Virus record (IMG/VR): IMGVR_UViG_3300045996_004119
Span: 1 to 64,000 of that record
Length of the DNA: 64,000 nucleotides
Origin: a virus
Direction: 5' to 3' (one strand)
Shown here: positions 1 through 9,407 of the stretch, in pieces
How positions within the stretch are numbered: the first letter of the stretch is position 1
Layout: the number at the start of each line of letters is the position of its first letter
Position numbers and translations under genes: made by a program
Notes under the pieces: generated by a model
Database searches by the model: none
The model's input: only the letters and a program-made list of their open reading frames with translations
What the model was told of the DNA's origin: nothing

Positions 1-70
1 GCGGGCCCGGCGTGCAGGCCGAGCGACAGCTGGCCGGGCAGCACCAGGGCGGGGAGGTTCGGGGGAGGCT

Positions 71-712
71 TCACCTCGGCTCCTTGCCGGAGCCGGTCCA
101 CCCCTGCGCGCGGAGCACCGCGGCGATGTCGGCCGGAGCCCACCCGTCTGGCTTCCTGGCCTTCCCCCGCTCGTCCTTGCCGCCGCCCGCCTTGGCCATG
201 TTCGCGGCGTGGACGGCCGAGACGACTGGCGCCTCGTTGAAGCCCAGCTGAACCGCCGTACCCGAGACGACGTAGTGCAGGTCGGCGAGCTCGTGCGCGA
301 GCGCCGGGAGATCGGTGCTGACCCGGGCGCGCTCGATGACGTCGCGCGCCCGGATGGCCCACTCGCTCCAGTTCACGCCGGGGAACATCGCGCCGAGTAC
401 CTCGAACGCCTCCTCGCTGATGAGCCGCGCCCGTAGCCTCACCTCGTCGTCGCTCGGCACCGTCGGCGTGGTCCGCACCGGGAAGTCCAACGCCCGGTGG
501 AACTCGGCAACCTGCTCCTGGAGCGGGCTCGACCCCGCTCGGAGGCGCCGGTTCTCTTCCACGAGCGCGGTGCCGCGGACCTGGAGATGGTCGACCTGCC
601 GCCGCAGGTGCTCGATCTCATCGGCGGCTCGGGTGACGGCGCCGGTGTCGTCGGGGCCGAAGAACGCGCGCTGCTTGGCGAGGGAGCGGAGGGCTTCGGG
701 GAGATCGGTCAC
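71..712 (-). CDS. MazG-like / PRA-PH family nucleoside triphosphate pyrophosphohydrolase
   Basis: QVAEFHRAL...RARLISEEAFE...HELADLHYVVSG...VHAANMAK...GKARKPDGW; GTG start overlapping upstream stop. Confidence 0.85.
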   Translation of the reverse strand: MTDLPEALRSLAKQRAFFGPDDTGAVTRAADEIEHLRRQVDHLQVRGTALVEENRRLRAGSSPLQEQVAEFHRALDFPVRTTPTVPSDDEVRLRARLISEEAFEVLGAMFPGVNWSEWAIRARDVIERARVSTDLPALAHELADLHYVVSGTAVQLGFNEAPVVSAVHAANMAKAGGGKDERGKARKPDGWAPADIAAVLRAQGWTGSGKEPR

Positions 713-960
713 GGGGTCTTCTCCTGGGCGATTCGGGCCCATTGCCATCGGGCGATGCACTCGTTCGGGTCGATGCAGTCTTCGCCGGCGGGCGCGCCGC
801 AGTGCTCGCACGCGGTCGGCGGCTTCCCGGTCGGGCGGTGGTTGTGGTCGGCGTGCGGCTCCCGGCTGCACGTGAAGCCGCGCGGGCCCGGTGCGCCGCA
901 CAGCGGCCGCGGCACCGGGTCGACGTGAGGGAAGGGGAAACTCCCCTGTTCAGCCGGCAT
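709..960 (-). CDS. Small Cys/His-rich hypothetical protein
   Basis: CEHCGAPAGEDC motif; stop overlaps the next start. Confidence 0.6.
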   Translation of the reverse strand: MPAEQGSFPFPHVDPVPRPLCGAPGPRGFTCSREPHADHNHRPTGKPPTACEHCGAPAGEDCIDPNECIARWQWARIAQEKTP

Positions 961-1240
961 CGCTCCGCTCCTCCACCGGCCGCGCCGTGAACGTCGGCAC
1001 CATCTCCAGGTACACCACGAACCGGCTCACCTTGCCGTCCGCGTCCTTGACGCAGACCCGCTGCTCATCGCGGCGAACCTGGGGCCATCGCTCGCCGGCG
1101 AACATCTCCGCGGCCATGCTCTCGTCCCACCCGCGCACCACACGCGCGGTCTCCTCGCTGCCGTTCTCCTCGTCCCAGCACCGGAACGACGGCATCCGCG
1201 GAGCGTTCGGGTCCACGTCGCCCACGCACGGGATTGCCAT
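950..1240 (-). CDS. Hypothetical protein
   Basis: C-terminal part of the track ORF; ATG coupled to the ATPase stop. Confidence 0.65.
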   Translation of the reverse strand: MAIPCVGDVDPNAPRMPSFRCWDEENGSEETARVVRGWDESMAAEMFAGERWPQVRRDEQRVCVKDADGKVSRFVVYLEMVPTFTARPVEERSDAG

Positions 1241-2202
1241 CACCCCACCTTCCCCGGCCACATCTCGGCCGCCGCCGTCCGCACCCGCGCCGGCGTGACT
1301 TCGTCCTCGGCCAGCAGCGCCGCGCGCGCCGCGGCCATGGCCAGCGCCCGGGTCTCCGCTCCGGATCTGCCGGTCGTCCTCTCGATCGCCTCCAGGAGCG
1401 CCATCCCCTCGTGCGGCACCTTCTCCCACCAGCCGAGGATCATTCGCTGTCGCGCGTGGCTCCCGGGCAGCCCGAACTCGATCTGCGCGGGCAGCCTCCG
1501 GAGCAGGGCCGGGTCGACCTTCTCGCGGAAGTTCGTCGCGGCGATGACGATCGGCCCGGGCAGCGCCATGTCCAGCATCTGGAGCAGCGTGGAGGTCACC
1601 CGCGCCATCTCCTCGACGTCCCGGTTGCCCGTGCCGTCTCGGCGCGCGCAGATCGCGTCGAGCTCGTCGAGGAACAGGACCGTCGGCAGCAGCGACGTCG
1701 CCTCGAAGGCCTTGGCCAGGTTCGCGCCGGTCTCGCCGAGGTGGCTGGAGACGACGGACGAGATCCGCAGGACCGCCACCGGGATCCCGAGCCGACCACC
1801 GAGCCAGCGCGCGGCGAGGGTCTTCCCGGTGCCGCTGGGGCCCGAAAAGAGCACGCGCGTCGGCGCGTCGATGCCGGCGGCGAGCAACCGGTGCGCCTGC
1901 TGGAGCTCCGTGACCAGCCTCTCCAGGGCCGCGCCCGTGGTGCCGTCGAGGACCAGCTGCCCAGACAGGTCCGTCGGCTCGAACCACTCCAGCCGGTCGC
2001 GCTCGCCGCGGCCCATGGTGGCGACGACCGGGCCCGCGGTGTCGAGGAGCGCCTGCCGCACAGCTGCCGCTGCGACGGCGTCGCCCATGGCCTCGTAGGC
2101 ACGCGCGACGGTCTCGCCGCAGCGCCCGGTGTCGATGCGGCTCCGGCCGCGCCCGGCAGCGATGAGCCTGGTGATGGCCGAGACGGCCTGCGCTCCCTTC
2201 AC
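1240..2202 (-). CDS. AAA+ ATPase, IetA-like family
   Basis: Walker A GPSGTGKT, Walker B VLFLDELD, SRH IAATNF...DPALLRR, SSHLGETGANL. Confidence 0.9.
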   Translation of the reverse strand: MKGAQAVSAITRLIAAGRGRSRIDTGRCGETVARAYEAMGDAVAAAAVRQALLDTAGPVVATMGRGERDRLEWFEPTDLSGQLVLDGTTGAALERLVTELQQAHRLLAAGIDAPTRVLFSGPSGTGKTLAARWLGGRLGIPVAVLRISSVVSSHLGETGANLAKAFEATSLLPTVLFLDELDAICARRDGTGNRDVEEMARVTSTLLQMLDMALPGPIVIAATNFREKVDPALLRRLPAQIEFGLPGSHARQRMILGWWEKVPHEGMALLEAIERTTGRSGAETRALAMAAARAALLAEDEVTPARVRTAAAEMWPGKVG

Positions 2203-2681
2203 GGCTGCTCCTCTCCCGCCCGCGGCGGCTCCCCGGATGCCAGCGCCGACGTCTCGATGGCGGTGAGGTCGTCGGGCACCGGCTCCTTCGCCCGCAGCGA
2301 TTCCGCGGCGCGGCGGATGATGTCCATCGCCTCCTCTTCCTCGGGGGAACGCGGCGCCGACCGGGTGGCCTCCTCGCGCAGGCACCACACCTCGGACACC
2401 AGCGCCAGCACCGCAGCGGCGAGCACCGGGACGTCCTCGCGGGCGGCCGCGATAAAGTCGGCGTTCGCGCTCGGCGGCTCGTGCGGGCCGAAGACCTCAG
2501 CCAGGTCGGGGCCGCCCTCATCCACGGTCGACACCAGCGCCGAGGCGCGGCCGCTACCGCCGAGACGCTCCCACGGCCCCGCCGTCGCCTTGCTGGCCCT
2601 CTCCGTGGCCTCCCGCGCCCGTTGCTCGACTTGGTCGAGCCAGGTGGAGGTGATGGGTGGGCGCTCGCTCGCGTGCGTCAT
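2199..2681 (-). CDS. Ead/Ea22-like phage protein
   Basis: KATAGPW...ANADFIAAAREDVPVL signature. Confidence 0.6.
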   Translation of the reverse strand: MTHASERPPITSTWLDQVEQRAREATERASKATAGPWERLGGSGRASALVSTVDEGGPDLAEVFGPHEPPSANADFIAAAREDVPVLAAAVLALVSEVWCLREEATRSAPRSPEEEEAMDIIRRAAESLRAKEPVPDDLTAIETSALASGEPPRAGEEQP

Positions 2682-3217
2682 GCCGCGTCTCCAGTGCCCA
2701 CGTCCTGCTCATTGTGGCTCGACAGGCTCAGACGGTGTTTCCCGTCAGACATCTCGGAAGCCAGCCGTTCCAATTCCTCTGCCGCCGCATGCTGCCCACT
2801 GGATTTCAGCTCTTCAGCGCGCCGTCTCGCGTACCACACCGCGCAGCGCCTCTCCTTTTTGACGGGGGCGTCCGACACGGTGCGGGCCCGCTCCTCGTTG
2901 ATGCGGCTCCTGGCGACGGCGAGCTCGGTGAGACGGTTCTGCACACGCTGAACCAACCGAGCCTTGTTGCGGCGCTTCGCCTCGGCGATAGCGAACCATG
3001 ACGCCGACGCGCGCTGTCCTCCGTCGCGTTCGCGCGCTCTAACTATATCCATATCGTCCCTGAGTTGCGCCACCTGCTCGTCGAGCAGCTGCTTCAGCGC
3101 GAGCGCTTCTGCCTTCTCGAGCGTGTCGATAGTATTGCGAAGCCACGTCAGCGCTTCGGGCGTCGACCTGTTCAGTGCGTCAACAATCTCAGGGTCCAAG
3201 TTCATCTCATCCTCCAC
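2678..3217 (-). CDS. Hypothetical coiled-coil protein
   Basis: ORF with RBS (GGAGGA); 4-bp overlap with the next gene. Confidence 0.7.
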   Translation of the reverse strand: MEDEMNLDPEIVDALNRSTPEALTWLRNTIDTLEKAEALALKQLLDEQVAQLRDDMDIVRARERDGGQRASASWFAIAEAKRRNKARLVQRVQNRLTELAVARSRINEERARTVSDAPVKKERRCAVWYARRRAEELKSSGQHAAAEELERLASEMSDGKHRLSLSSHNEQDVGTGDAA

Positions 3218-3238
3218 GCGCCGCTGATTGGCGGCGCA

Positions 3239-3439
3239 TCACGTCCACAACCCGCCCACCTTCACGCCCCGCAGCGCGGCATCCACCGCGATCTCCGCCA
3301 ACCACACATCGCTCCGCCTCGGCCACAGCCCGCGCGCGTTCCGCTCGTCAAGAGCCGCCCGCATCGCCGCGAACTGCGCCTCCGCGTCGGCTAGGTGCGC
3401 AGGGGAGAGGCGCGGGTAGAGCGAGGCGAGGATGGTCAC
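3239..3439 (-). CDS. Hypothetical protein
   Basis: GTG start overlapping the methyltransferase stop. Confidence 0.55.
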   Translation of the reverse strand: MTILASLYPRLSPAHLADAEAQFAAMRAALDERNARGLWPRRSDVWLAEIAVDAALRGVKVGGLWT

Positions 3440-5694
3440 TGCATGAGCCCGTCGATCAGCGCCTCGACATCCGGTCGCGCAGCCGGCGACGTCCTGGCCT
3501 TGCCCCGCCCCGGCTTCTTCCCCGCACGCACCCGCGGCGCCCCGTCGTCCAGGATCGCCACCTCGCCCGGCGCCAGCTTGTCCACGTCCTCCTGGCGCAC
3601 GCAGCGCACGCCGGCGCGGAGAAGCGCGGCGCGATGCTCCGGCCGGACCCAGAGGCCGCTCCCGCCACCGAATAGGAAGAAGCAGCCCTGGTCGGCAGCG
3701 AGCCCGGCGCGCAGCATCTGGTCGGCGATCGCGGTGCCGACCGGCAGCGGGACCATGTTCCCGATAAGACCCCGCTGCCGTGTCGCGCCCTCGCCGAAGT
3801 CGAGCGGGGCCCCGTTGTGCCGCCATGGCAGGCCCTGGAGCACCGCGAGTTCCAGCGTGGTCAGCGGGCGATGCCAGGTGCCGTCCTCGGAGATGAGGAC
3901 CAGCGGAACGACCTCCTTCCGGCGCGTCACCTTGCCGCCCTTGCTCACCGTCTCGACCCACCGATACGGCGGCTTCTGCATGTCGTCGATGATGGCGAGC
4001 GGCTCCTCCGGGCGCGCCGGGTCGACCACCGCGAAGGGTGCCCGCACGTGTCCGTCGGCGACGCGCTTCGCCTGCTCGAAGGAGAGCACCACAAACGGCG
4101 GTGGCACCGGCTTCGGGTCGGCGATCGCGCGCGGCTGGCAGCGCAGTGCCAGGTCGAGCGGCTCCGGTACCCGGTCCGTGATGCTGTACGTCCCGCAGCC
4201 GACCGAGGACGTCGCCGCGATCGCGTGGCTCGGCTCGCGCACCCGGTCGATGACCGCGTAGCCCTTGTCGAAGCACTTCTGCTCGGGCACGAGGTCGAGC
4301 GGCACGGGCGCGGCGTAGCTGAAGGGCCCCGTCGCGTGGCGCGCGTTCCCGGTGACCGTCCCGGCCTCGCCGTCCGCCGCGAGCACGCCCCAGGCGCCGC
4401 GATATCCCTTCGCGGCGAGGGGCTGCGCGATGGACTGCGCGCCGCTGCCCACGCGGGTCGCCCCGTGGACCGTCAGCGCCTCGGCTCCCCACGGGCGGAC
4501 CGCGTACTTGTCGTAGTGGAGCTGGGCGTTGCCGGCCTGGGGCTCGAGCGGGAGGGGCAGGGGAGCCGCGTAGCTCGGCGCGCCGTTCCCGGGCCGGGTC
4601 GCCGTGGTCACCGTCGGCGCCACGCCGCCCTGGTCGGCGACGACGTAGTGGTTCGCTGGCGCCGCGGGGTTGATGCGCATACCGAGTACGCTGCGCTCGT
4701 CGGCGATCGCGAACCGCCCCGTCGACGGGTACGCCTCGGCCGTCACGGAGCCCGCTGGCTCGTCGGCGCGCAGCACCCCGAGCGAGCCTTTGAAGCGCGC
4801 CGGCTCGTCCGCCCTCGGGTCGGCCACGCCGCACGGGCCATTGCTCCCGGTCCCGCCGATCGTCACGCTGGGCTCGTCCCACCGCTCGATGTGGTGCCGC
4901 CGGAAGCGCGCGCGGCGCGGCGTGCCGTCCTTCGGGAGTAGATCGCGCCAGTCCCCGCCGGCCGGGATCGCCCAGAGCCGCCACCAGTTCAGCGCGGAGA
5001 TCGCCGGGAGCTCGTGCATCGGCCCGCCGGCCGGATCGCCCGGCATCGGGAGATCGTTGAGGACGTCGCCGCACACCTTCCCCGGCTGGTTCGGCGGGAG
5101 GTACAGGAAGGCTGGGACCTTGCGCGGGTTGCGGGCGACGAGGAACCACCGCTTACGGCGCTGCGCCAGATTGCCCACGTGGCGGCACTCGTGGAAGCCA
5201 TCCTGGAGCACGTAACCGGCGTCCTTCAGCATTCGCCGCACGGACGCGAGCATCGGCCGAGCGCGAGACGTGATGTTCGGCACGTTCTCGTACAGGATGA
5301 AGGCCGGCGGGCTGTCGGCCCACGCATCGAGGATCAGGCGGGTGTTGACGAGGGCGAGCTCATTCAGGAGCTCGTACTTCGCCGTTCGGCTCTTCGCCGT
5401 GGAGAGCAATTTGCTAGCGCCCTGACACGGCGGGGACCCGAACAGCGCAAACGGCGCCTCTTCACCGTAGAACTCGCGCATCATGCCGGGTGTCACCTCG
5501 CGGGCGTCGATGCAGGTCTGCGGGACGCCGGTCATGTACTCGAAGGCTTTGCAGGCGTACTCGTCCTTGTCGAAGCCGCCGACGAGTTCGAATTGAGACG
5601 CCTGCCCGTGGAGCTCCGCGCGGGCCTGCTGGAACCCAGCGGCCCCGCCGCCTCCGCCGCCAAACGTACAGACAAGCCGTCTCCGCTTCATCAA
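3436..5694 (-). CDS. DNA (cytosine-5)-methyltransferase with expanded repeat-containing variable region
   Basis: Motif I variant FGGGGGG, catalytic GSPPCQG, ENVPNI, QRRKRWFLV, C-terminal RPLTTLELAVLQG...IGNMVP. Confidence 0.92.
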   Translation of the reverse strand: MMKRRRLVCTFGGGGGGAAGFQQARAELHGQASQFELVGGFDKDEYACKAFEYMTGVPQTCIDAREVTPGMMREFYGEEAPFALFGSPPCQGASKLLSTAKSRTAKYELLNELALVNTRLILDAWADSPPAFILYENVPNITSRARPMLASVRRMLKDAGYVLQDGFHECRHVGNLAQRRKRWFLVARNPRKVPAFLYLPPNQPGKVCGDVLNDLPMPGDPAGGPMHELPAISALNWWRLWAIPAGGDWRDLLPKDGTPRRARFRRHHIERWDEPSVTIGGTGSNGPCGVADPRADEPARFKGSLGVLRADEPAGSVTAEAYPSTGRFAIADERSVLGMRINPAAPANHYVVADQGGVAPTVTTATRPGNGAPSYAAPLPLPLEPQAGNAQLHYDKYAVRPWGAEALTVHGATRVGSGAQSIAQPLAAKGYRGAWGVLAADGEAGTVTGNARHATGPFSYAAPVPLDLVPEQKCFDKGYAVIDRVREPSHAIAATSSVGCGTYSITDRVPEPLDLALRCQPRAIADPKPVPPPFVVLSFEQAKRVADGHVRAPFAVVDPARPEEPLAIIDDMQKPPYRWVETVSKGGKVTRRKEVVPLVLISEDGTWHRPLTTLELAVLQGLPWRHNGAPLDFGEGATRQRGLIGNMVPLPVGTAIADQMLRAGLAADQGCFFLFGGGSGLWVRPEHRAALLRAGVRCVRQEDVDKLAPGEVAILDDGAPRVRAGKKPGRGKARTSPAARPDVEALIDGLMQ

Positions 5695-5741
5695 GATAGC
5701 CTCGCTCCCCCGCGCGTCTATCGACGCCGTCAGGGCCGCTT

Positions 5742-5772
5742 ACCCTATCACGCTATCCGCAACGTGCCAGTC
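5742..5772 (-). promoter_or_regulatory. Putative leftward promoter (CTGGCA-N17-TAGGGT) upstream of the methyltransferase
   Basis: 17-bp spacing; shares GACTGGCA with the promoter upstream of recT. Confidence 0.45.
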
Positions 5773-5782
5773 GCCAGCAGCG

Positions 5783-6256
5783 TTATCGCTGTGCCTCAGC
5801 CGCCGTTGTCGCCTCCAGCGCCCTTGTCGCCGCTGCGAGCTCCGCCTCAGCCTGGGCGAGCCGCGCCCGGGCGCGCTCGTACTCCGCGGCGTTGTGCGGC
5901 TTCATCTTTGCCAGCGCCTCCCTGGCCTCCACCACCCGGGCGCCGGCGCTGTTCCGGAGCACCGACGCGCGGCCGCGGTCGAGGCCGACTTGGTAGCCGA
6001 CGATGTCGGAGAGGACCTCGCTGGGCTGGCGTGTCTCCTGGCGGGCGATCGCCTCGATGATTCGGTCGAGTTCTCCACCGATCAGCCCGTGCGGAGCGCG
6101 CACTGCGCCGCATCCGTCACGTTCGATGTAGTCGCAGCAGCGGGTGGTCCCATCGGCCATGACTAGCGACCACCCAGCGCGCCGCATGTACGCCTCAACC
6201 ATCTCCACGGTCACCTCCGCGGAGACGGCGCGCCGGTCCTCGACGGTGACCATCAT
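5783..6256 (-). CDS. Hypothetical protein
   Basis: ATG overlapping the exonuclease stop. Confidence 0.65.
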   Translation of the reverse strand: MMVTVEDRRAVSAEVTVEMVEAYMRRAGWSLVMADGTTRCCDYIERDGCGAVRAPHGLIGGELDRIIEAIARQETRQPSEVLSDIVGYQVGLDRGRASVLRNSAGARVVEAREALAKMKPHNAAEYERARARLAQAEAELAAATRALEATTAAEAQR

Positions 6257-6738
6257 GGCCGCGCGCTCCCGTAGACGACCCGGTGCGCACGCCGCAGCCA
6301 CCGCGCGTCCTCCAGGGCGTCGTGGGCGTTCTCCGGCTCCGGAGGCAGCATCGGGCGGGTGATGCCGCGCTCGTGCATGCTCTGCCGCAGGTCGAGGCAG
6401 AACATCGGCCAGCCGTCGGGCAGGTCGACCATGGCGCCGAAGAGCCAACAAAAGACCACCCAGTCGTAGTCGGCGAAGTAGCCCCAGAACGAGGGCGTGT
6501 CGTCGCCGATGAAGGCGCGGACCTCGCGAGCGATCGCGGCACGCGGGATCCTGGCGTGCCGCGGCGGGAGCTTCGGGAGGACGTTGGCGATCACCCACGC
6601 GTTGCACTGCGCCGGGTCGAAGTCGCTGCTCACCTCGTAGAGCTCGCGGCCGTCCTCGCAGACGATGCCGATGCTGATGAGCTCCAGCACGCCGGGGCGC
6701 TCGGAGAATTCGGTGTCGATGAAGAACTTTTTGCTCAT
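6253..6738 (-). CDS. DEDDh 3'-5' exoribonuclease (Rv2179c-like)
   Basis: FFIDTEF, LISIGIV, YFADYDWV, HDALEDARW. Confidence 0.88.
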   Translation of the reverse strand: MSKKFFIDTEFSERPGVLELISIGIVCEDGRELYEVSSDFDPAQCNAWVIANVLPKLPPRHARIPRAAIAREVRAFIGDDTPSFWGYFADYDWVVFCWLFGAMVDLPDGWPMFCLDLRQSMHERGITRPMLPPEPENAHDALEDARWLRRAHRVVYGSARP

Positions 6739-6740
6739 GG

Positions 6741-7592
6741 CTACTCCAGCGGCTTGCAGTCCGGGCACAGCCACACCGCATTGCCGTCAACGAACGTGCC
6801 GTAGGACCAGCCGAGCGTCTTTGCGCCCGCTGGCACCGGGTCGTCGCAAGCCGCGCAGCGCTCTCCAGCGATGGCCGCCGCATCGAGGTAGGCCTTCACG
6901 CGCTCCACGCAGAGCCGCCCGCCGCCGTCGGCACCATCCCGCAGGCCCGACTCGGCGTCGCAGCTGGCGCCGCGCGCGAGTAGCCCAGCGACCCGCGGCA
7001 CCGTCTCGGCGAAGAGCCCGCCGGCCACGCCGATGCCGAGGTGCGGGAAGGCCGACCGCAGCTGCTCGAACAGCGCCTCCGCCTTCGGGACATCGAGCGG
7101 GCGCCCGAGTCCGCCGCTGGCGTCGATGAGGACGTCGGTGATGAGCCCCTCGTAGGCCCACACCTGCCGCATCGTGGTGCTCAGGTCGCGCAGCTGCAGG
7201 ACGATCCGCGCCTCGCGCCCGGCGCGCCGGAAGGCCACCCGGATCCGCACCAGATCGCCGGGGGTCGGATACGCCCCGTTGAACTGGACGCCGTGGCACA
7301 GCGGGCCCGCGGCTTCGAACAGGTGCGCCAGCGTCGCCGCATCCGGCGGGTCGTCGGCGCCGAAGTGCACCAGGTTGAGGCAGCGCGGGTCGTCGGTGAA
7401 GATGCCGGCGATGCTCTCGACGCGGGGGTACCGCCGGAAGTAGCGGTTCCGCTGGCCGGCGAGGGTCTTCTCCGAAGCGAGCACGCCAACCATGAGCTGG
7501 CGGCCGCATGCAGGGAAGGCGGCGAGCGCGGCGAGGACCTCGGCGCGGGTGGTCACGCCGCTCAGGCCGATGTACGCGGGAGGCGCGCTCAC
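6741..7592 (-). CDS. TrpF/PRAI-like TIM-barrel protein with C-terminal Zn finger
   Basis: GVQFN, VLIDASGGLG, GVAGGL, CDAESGLR phosphate-binding pattern; CAAC...CPDC tail. Confidence 0.6.
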   Translation of the reverse strand: MSAPPAYIGLSGVTTRAEVLAALAAFPACGRQLMVGVLASEKTLAGQRNRYFRRYPRVESIAGIFTDDPRCLNLVHFGADDPPDAATLAHLFEAAGPLCHGVQFNGAYPTPGDLVRIRVAFRRAGREARIVLQLRDLSTTMRQVWAYEGLITDVLIDASGGLGRPLDVPKAEALFEQLRSAFPHLGIGVAGGLFAETVPRVAGLLARGASCDAESGLRDGADGGGRLCVERVKAYLDAAAIAGERCAACDDPVPAGAKTLGWSYGTFVDGNAVWLCPDCKPLE

Positions 7593-7710
7593 GCCATACC
7601 TCGCGTCCCGGCGCGGAGCGCCCGCTGCACCGTCTCGCGCCAGAAGAAGCAGCACGCGAGAGCTTCCAGCGCGCTCCGCTGCCCCACGCCTCGAATCGAG
7701 AAGATCGGTT

Positions 7711-7989
7711 TCATGACAGCACCATCCCCTTCCGGAGCGCCCTCGCGAGCGCCGGCACATCCGCCTCGACGCCGCAGTCCATGCAGCGCACCGGCACCAG
7801 CTTCGCCAGCTGCTCCAGCAGCGACGCCCGCATCTCGACCGTGCACCGCAACGGCACCTCATCGAGCAGCGCCTTCGCCTTCAGCTCGCCGGGCGACATC
7901 TTGCCGGTCCGCTCGGCGAGCAGCGCCACGTTCATGCCGCCGTCCTCGTCGAGCGCCACCTCGACGGAGAGCCCGATGCCCGCGCTCAT
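7711..7989 (-). CDS. Hypothetical protein
   Basis: Coupled ORF with CMDC motif. Confidence 0.55.
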   Translation of the reverse strand: MSAGIGLSVEVALDEDGGMNVALLAERTGKMSPGELKAKALLDEVPLRCTVEMRASLLEQLAKLVPVRCMDCGVEADVPALARALRKGMVLS

Positions 7990-8059
7990 CGCCTCTGCTC
8001 CACGTCGCCGCCCACGGCCGAGCCGAGGCGGAAGAGGGCCATCCAGAGCATCAACCCGA

Positions 8060-9328
8060 TCATGCCGCCTCCTTTGCCGGCGCCGGCCGCCACCGCTTGA
8101 GCGCCGTCTTGTGCCGGTACCGGACCACGCGGTCGCTCTCCGGCGTCGGCTCGACCGCCGCGGCGCCGACCTCCCGCACCGTGCGGGCCAGCGCGTCCAC
8201 CACATCGCACGGGATCGCGCGCGTCCGCTCGCCGTCGTCGTAGTAGCTGCGGTTCGCGGTGATCTCCGACTCCAGGTACCTGCCGGCGCTCTCCAGGCGG
8301 AACGCGTACCCGCTGTCGCTCGGCCCCCACCACGTGAGTACGCCGTCGGCGGCCTTCGAGTGCTTCAGGCTCAGGACGTAGTAGAGCTGCTCGCTCGTCA
8401 GCTTCGCGAGAGCCGAGCGAGCGCTCGCGGCTCGCCGCTCGTCCTTTAGGAGCAGCGCTTGCCGGATGGCCGTGTCCAGCTTCGCCACGCGATCCTGCTT
8501 GGTGAGCGGCTTGCGACGTGGCGTGTCGTAGGTCGGGACGAAGAACATCTCGGCGTTCTCCTTTGCGAGCCAAGTTCCGTCGGCGAGGCGGAGCGTCCAC
8601 ATGTTGTTCATGTCGGGGTAGACGCGCCCCTGCACGAGCCGGCCGCGGTGATACACGGCGCGGACGTCGCCCGCGGCGATGGGAGCGCCGTCGCGGTCCC
8701 GGTTCACCGCGCGGCCGCAGCCGTTGCACTCCTGGGGCAGCGGCCACCCGTCGGCGCCGCGCGTGAACCGGTCGGCACCCCAGTGCCGGTTGAAGCGCTC
8801 GAGCGGCGTGAAGCCATCCATCGCGCGTCCTTCAGCCACGCGCGGAACGCCATAGGTGAGCGGCTCCCGCAGATCCCCGCCGAGCGTGTATCCGAGGCTC
8901 TGCAGGTGCCGGATGAGCGTCACCATCTCCACGGCGCATCGGGTCCGCAGCGCGCGCGGCATGCGGGCGAACTTGCCGAAGTCGTACCGGCCCCCGTTCG
9001 GGTTCTTGACGTTCGCCACGTTCTGGAAGAACTCGACCTTGAGCGTGCGCCCGGAGGTACCACCGGCGAATTCCAGGTCACCCTTCCGCCCCTGCCTGTG
9101 CTTCTCGCTCCAGGATTTGCGCCACGTCATGTACTCGGCGCGAGCGCGCTTGTCCTTCGGTGGGTTGAACGTGCTCTCGGTGAGTTCGTCAGGCTCGAGC
9201 ACGAACCCGCGCCGCTCGAGGTGCGCGCGGACCGACATCCACACGGCCTGCATCGCCGACTCGTCGACGTCCTCCTCCCAGACCGCGACGTGGGTGTCGT
9301 GCAACCGGATCTCGCCATCTCGCTTCAT
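8060..9328 (-). CDS. Phage hypothetical protein
   Basis: Strong RBS GGAGGAGG before MKRDGEIRLH; long ORF in the expected codon frame. Confidence 0.8.
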   Translation of the reverse strand: MKRDGEIRLHDTHVAVWEEDVDESAMQAVWMSVRAHLERRGFVLEPDELTESTFNPPKDKRARAEYMTWRKSWSEKHRQGRKGDLEFAGGTSGRTLKVEFFQNVANVKNPNGGRYDFGKFARMPRALRTRCAVEMVTLIRHLQSLGYTLGGDLREPLTYGVPRVAEGRAMDGFTPLERFNRHWGADRFTRGADGWPLPQECNGCGRAVNRDRDGAPIAAGDVRAVYHRGRLVQGRVYPDMNNMWTLRLADGTWLAKENAEMFFVPTYDTPRRKPLTKQDRVAKLDTAIRQALLLKDERRAASARSALAKLTSEQLYYVLSLKHSKAADGVLTWWGPSDSGYAFRLESAGRYLESEITANRSYYDDGERTRAIPCDVVDALARTVREVGAAAVEPTPESDRVVRYRHKTALKRWRPAPAKEAA

Positions 9329-9407
9329 CGACGCCTCCTCCTTTCCACCACGCTCCCAAGGTCCGTGCCGACCAACCACGCCATCAACATCGCCAGCACC
9401 AGAGCGC

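Noticed and set aside
5755-5772. Sigma54 promoter (TGGCACG...TTGC)
   Set aside because: The -24/-12 spacing is wrong (no 4-nt gap); a sigma70-type 17-bp spacing fits better
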